From NCBI GenBank assembly GCA_963693365.1, contig CAVNZM010000013.1, forward strand, positions 2,818,722 through 2,882,721: a DNA stretch of 64,000 bases. The letters are read 5' to 3'. Shown here in pieces: positions 60,001 through 64,000 of this stretch (position 1 is its first letter; every line of letters starts with the position of its first letter). The stretch is from Amoebidium appalachense (Eukaryota; Protista; Ichthyosporea). Below the pieces are notes generated by a model, which saw only the letters and a program-made list of their open reading frames with translations, was not told the origin of the DNA and made no database searches. A program made the translations under genes and the position numbers.

Positions 60001-62579
60001 CGATGCAGGTGCAAGAGAGATGGGAATAGAGTAGGTGGTGCCGGCAGGGAGGAAGAGGTGGAATGAGGAGAAATCTTCTATGCGTGTGTGTATGCCATGC
60101 CGCGTGCAAGGAAGCGATTCCAGAAGTCTGTGCCAAGGATGAGGGGGACAGCGAGATCAGGGGTGGCATATACGCGGTGTTTGAGAGTAATGGGTGTGTT
60201 GGTGAGGGAGATGGGGAGAATGGTTGTGCCGAGCAGGGTGAAGGGGGTGTTGTTGGCAGAGAGTGCAGTTGTGAACCGGGCTGGTGTAAGATGCATGGGA
60301 TGGTGGTTGTCGCGGTTGAGGGTTTGGAGGGTTGAGAGAGGCATCACAGATATAGCAGCACCTAAATCCATGATCGAGCGGAGGGGGAGGGTGTGTGCGT
60401 GAACATTTATGAAAGTGGGGGTGGTGATGGAGGAGGGTTTATTTAGTTCCACTTCTTCCCATACCGTCCAATCATATTCGGAGGTGGGGTCATTGGGGTC
60501 TTTGAGAGGGGGGAGGGAGACGTTGGTGATGAGGGCATGGGTGGGATAAGCTCCTTCGTTGCAGGGGTTATGGTTGGCTTTCGAGATGCGAGGGCGGGAA
60601 TGGGGGAGGTGGGAGCGAGCTGGTGGGGGTGGAGGTGGGGGTGGGAGGGGGGCTGGAATGGGGAGGTTGTGAGTGTGTGTTGGGTACCGGGGAGGTAGAG
60701 GGGTTGGGGGTAGGCGCACCTGCGGCTCAGCTCCTGTGGTATCTGTGGATGCTGTGGGGGGATGGGGGGGATGGGGGGTGGGGGGGAACATACAGCCACG
60801 GTGCTGTCCATGCTAGTCGGGTGTAGCCCCAGGGGCAACGGGGGGAAAGCCCGGCGGAGGGAGGGGTGGGCCATGGGGTCCTGGGATCATGGCCACCATA
60901 CGCTGGGGGTCGCTGCGCTCAGCCAAAAGGCGCTCAAGGCGCTCCCCCCTTTCACGCTCCGCCTGCAGTTGAGCCAAAAGGTCCTGTTGGTGGTTGCGCA
61001 CTGCTTGGTCTCGGTCGTGTTGGAGGTTGCGCATTTCGCGCCGAAGGGACGCCAGCTCATTGTCTTCAGGTGCGGGCAGGGCAGGAAGTGTGCGGTGGGG
61101 TGCACGAGGGGAGTAGGGGTTCGGGTTTTCGCGGGTTGTCGTGTGGCGCACAACCGGCCAACGTTTGGGGTCCGAGTCGTGGTCGAGGTGTCCCGGACAT
61201 CCAGCATAGTTGCGGCTGTGCTGAGTGAGGCACCGCTCGCAGTCGTAGTGGTTGGCGTCAACGTGCATTTCGGCCCTCTTAGTCTGGCCGCACCCGAAAC
61301 AGATGCTGCAAGTGTCATCTTCACTTAATTCTCAGCAAGACTTAGAAGTTGAGTTTGGTATTTATTTATTAGTTGTTGTAGTTTGTTTCCTTTTCCTTTC
61401 TTCATTTCTTTCTTTCTTTTCCGTTTCCGTGTACACGACATCTTAGATCTGTGTACGTATCGACATACTTAGCTCGCGCACACGTATTGTCGTTTGCGTC
61501 AAAATCTATATATGTCATCCAATCATATCTCGTTTGTATTTTCCCAAATATAGTAACTTACATTCCTTTCTCATTCCTTTCCCACGACGTAGCATTGTGC
61601 TATGTTCTTCAACTATTAGGAATAATTATATTTAGACGTGTTATGATAAGAACATGTATAAATATATGTTATGAATTAATAGTTACATAAGTGGTTTCAT
61701 TTTATTAAATGTTTCCGTGTTTTTATTAGAAGTTTCTTTCATTAGAGGATTGAGTTTTATATTCTAAATGTCGACAGACATTTTATTCGATATATTTTAC
61801 ACTCATAGTTTTCATTCTTTTGATTGGTTTATCGTTTCACATTCCCAAGTATAAAAGGGACCTCATCTTGAAATAAATCATAAGCAGTCGTATTCACTTC
61901 CTATGGTTCCAGAAATCGTTCCTCCTCTCCGGTTGTGTTTTTCCCGTGTGTCTTTGTGTTGTGTTTTACATAACACCCATCTGTGCTCACTGCTTCTCCG
62001 TTTACCCACACAAAATAACAGCAAGGGCTTCTCCGTTTACCCACACAAAATAACAGCAAGGGGGGCGACCTCCAGGCGCTCGGGTAGGGTGGGCCTGGTT
62101 GGGGGGGGGAAGGAGAGGGGTTTGGACGTTGAAAGTGGGGGGGTAGGTGGGGTACTGGGGGAAGTGAGGGTAGGTCTGGTAGGGGAAGGGGGGCATGCTG
62201 TTGGGGGCCGGTGGGGGGGGGACGGGATGGTAGGGGTTGGTTTGAGGGGGGTGGTAGGTCGGGTTGGTGGGAGGAGGGTAGTGGGGGTGGGTGGTAGGGT
62301 TGGAGGTTGGGTTAGTGTTGACGTTAAACAGTGCCGGGGCGGCGCCGGTGGGACGGGCGAACGCATTGCCCACGCCCGGGAGGTGTGCGGTCAGCTCCGG
62401 GTTGAGAGGCATCGAACGTGCTTGCGCCCATGTCTGCCACAGCAGGGCAAAGTTGGCGCAGTCGGTGCCGGCTTCGCTGAACAGTCGGCGCCCGTGTTTG
62501 AGCTTTTTGCCGTCGTTCATGTTGACGTCCACCGCGTGGGCTGCCAGCTCGAACACCTGTGTCCATGTCTGGGGGTTGT
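57092..62579 (-). mobile_element. Disrupted Ty3/Gypsy internal region (gag end, PR, dUTPase-like, RT, RH; integrase absent)
   Basis: IMDLGAAISV; PWASRVVLVKK, DYRKLN, YPLPHIDD, MPMG, YLDD; ETDA, YASR, TDHSAL, RW..ILQEYDF; many frameshifts. Confidence 0.93.
61313..62020 (+). repeat. Copia-1 solo LTR
   Basis: 708 bp, TSD GCAAG; its last ~35 bp with TSD tandemly duplicated at 62027-62062. Confidence 0.95.
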
Positions 62580-64000
62580 TGTCATCTTCACTTGATTCTC
62601 AGCAAGACTTAGAAGTTGAGTTTTGTATTTATTTATTAGTTGTTGTAGTTTGTTTCCTTTTCCTTTCTTCATTTCTTTCTTTCTTTCCCGTTTCCGTGTA
62701 CACGACATCTTAGATCTGTGTACGTATCGACATACTTAGCTCGCGCACACGTATTGTCGTTTGCGTCAAAATCTATATATGTCATCCAATCATATCTCGT
62801 TTGTATTTTCCCAAATATAGTAACTTACATTCCTTTCTCATTCCTTTCCCACGACGTAGCATTGTGCTATGTTCTTCAACTATTAGGAATAATTATATTT
62901 AGACGTGTTATGATAAGAACATGTATAAATGTATGTTATGAATTAATAGTTATATAAGTGGTTTCATTTTGTTAAATGTTTCCGTGCTTTTATTAGAAGT
63001 TTCTTTCATTAGAGGATTGAGTTTTATATTCTATGTGTCGACAGACATTTTAATCGATATATTTTACACTCATAGTTTTCGTCCTTTTGATTGGTTTATC
63101 GTTTCACATTCCCAAGTATAAAAGGGACCTCATCTTGAAATAAATCATAAGCAGTCGTATTCATTTCCTATGGTTCCAGAAATCGTACCTCCTCTCCGGT
63201 TGTGTTTTTTCCCGTGTGTCTCTGTGTTGTGTATATCATAACACCCATCTGTGCTCTCTGCTTCTCCGTTTAACCACACAAAATAACAGGTTTACGGCCC
63301 CTTTGCACGCTAACACACAATCTCGTTACAACCGCGACATTCCTCAGTCTAACTGCTTCAATCATGACTGACAAACCGTCGTATATCAACCTTCCAATAT
63401 GGAATCCGTCCGAGAAACGAGACGAGAAACGTCTTAATTATTTCGAGTGGGAGCCACTCATTCACCGGTTCATTAGAACAACCATTGCCGAGAAATTCGT
63501 TGACGCTATCAAGAGGCCACAGTGGGTTGATGGCGCTGAAGCCAACCAGTGGCTAGGCTACACCACCAAGGACTCCTACAAGAAAGCTTCCGACGTCCTC
63601 GACCAGATCCTCAACCAGTCCGTCCACCCGACCGAGCTCTACGACTCCGGCCGGATGCAAGACGGTGTCCACGGTGGTGAAGTCTTCCACAACCTACGTA
63701 TGGCGTATGTAGCAGAGAAGGAGGCCCGAGTCACCCAGATCCAAGTCACCTTCGAGGAGCTTGAACTACGAGACTACCCCAACGTCACAGCATACCTCAC
63801 CCGTCTCCAACGTCTGGCTACGACACTTGCCTCCCTCGACGAGCCCGTCCAGCACAAGGATGTCGTACGTAAGTTCTTCCTTCACCTCAGGAAGAACACG
63901 GCCCTGGTCTGCTCCGACATTGAACGTCTCTGCTCCGACTACTGGATGAACAACAAGGCCTACCCGTCCTTCAACCAGCTCATCAGTGACATCCGAGGAG
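62580..64000 (+). mobile_element. 5' part of another Copia-1 copy (LTR 62580-63288, PBS, gag)
   Basis: Homologous to 10080-11490 reversed; runs off window. Confidence 0.96.
63364..64000 (+). CDS. gag: Copia-1 gag N-terminus (partial)
   Basis: MTDKPSYINLPIWNPSEK... as in 8136-10706. Confidence 0.92.
   Translation, partial: MTDKPSYINLPIWNPSEKRDEKRLNYFEWEPLIHRFIRTTIAEKFVDAIKRPQWVDGAEANQWLGYTTKDSYKKASDVLDQILNQSVHPTELYDSGRMQDGVHGGEVFHNLRMAYVAEKEARVTQIQVTFEELELRDYPNVTAYLTRLQRLATTLASLDEPVQHKDVVRKFFLHLRKNTALVCSDIERLCSDYWMNNKAYPSFNQLISDIRG

Noticed and set aside
61313-63288. TRIM-like element formed by two LTRs around 560 bp
   Set aside because: First LTR has its own TSD, the spacer is Gypsy gag, and the second LTR is followed by PBS and gag.

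Overview
Eukaryotic, gene-poor window made almost entirely of nested transposable elements; no intact host gene, rRNA, tRNA or CRISPR is supportable. It holds: Ngaro-type tyrosine-recombinase retrotransposons with split direct repeats (two full-length minus-strand copies, one inserted into the other's A repeat; two RT/RNase H-less derivatives sharing one deletion breakpoint; fragments); two Ty1/Copia families with 5-bp TSDs; a disrupted Ty3/Gypsy element; two solo LTRs; three copies of an APE-RT LINE whose poly(A) is internal and followed by a conserved ~198-bp tailless end; and, as scaffold, three partial copies of a large non-autonomous DNA element with 5'-CATCAGCAA termini carrying exon-like fragments and a ~185-bp satellite. 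Best leads: a covarying structured-RNA domain shared by the 3' non-coding regions of the two Copia families, the tailless LINE end, the RT-less Ngaro subfamily, and Copia primer-binding sites differing from the tRNAiMet-half PBS only at the anticodon triplet. All alignments and folds were done by eye; long homopolymers make some frameshifts possible sequencing errors.
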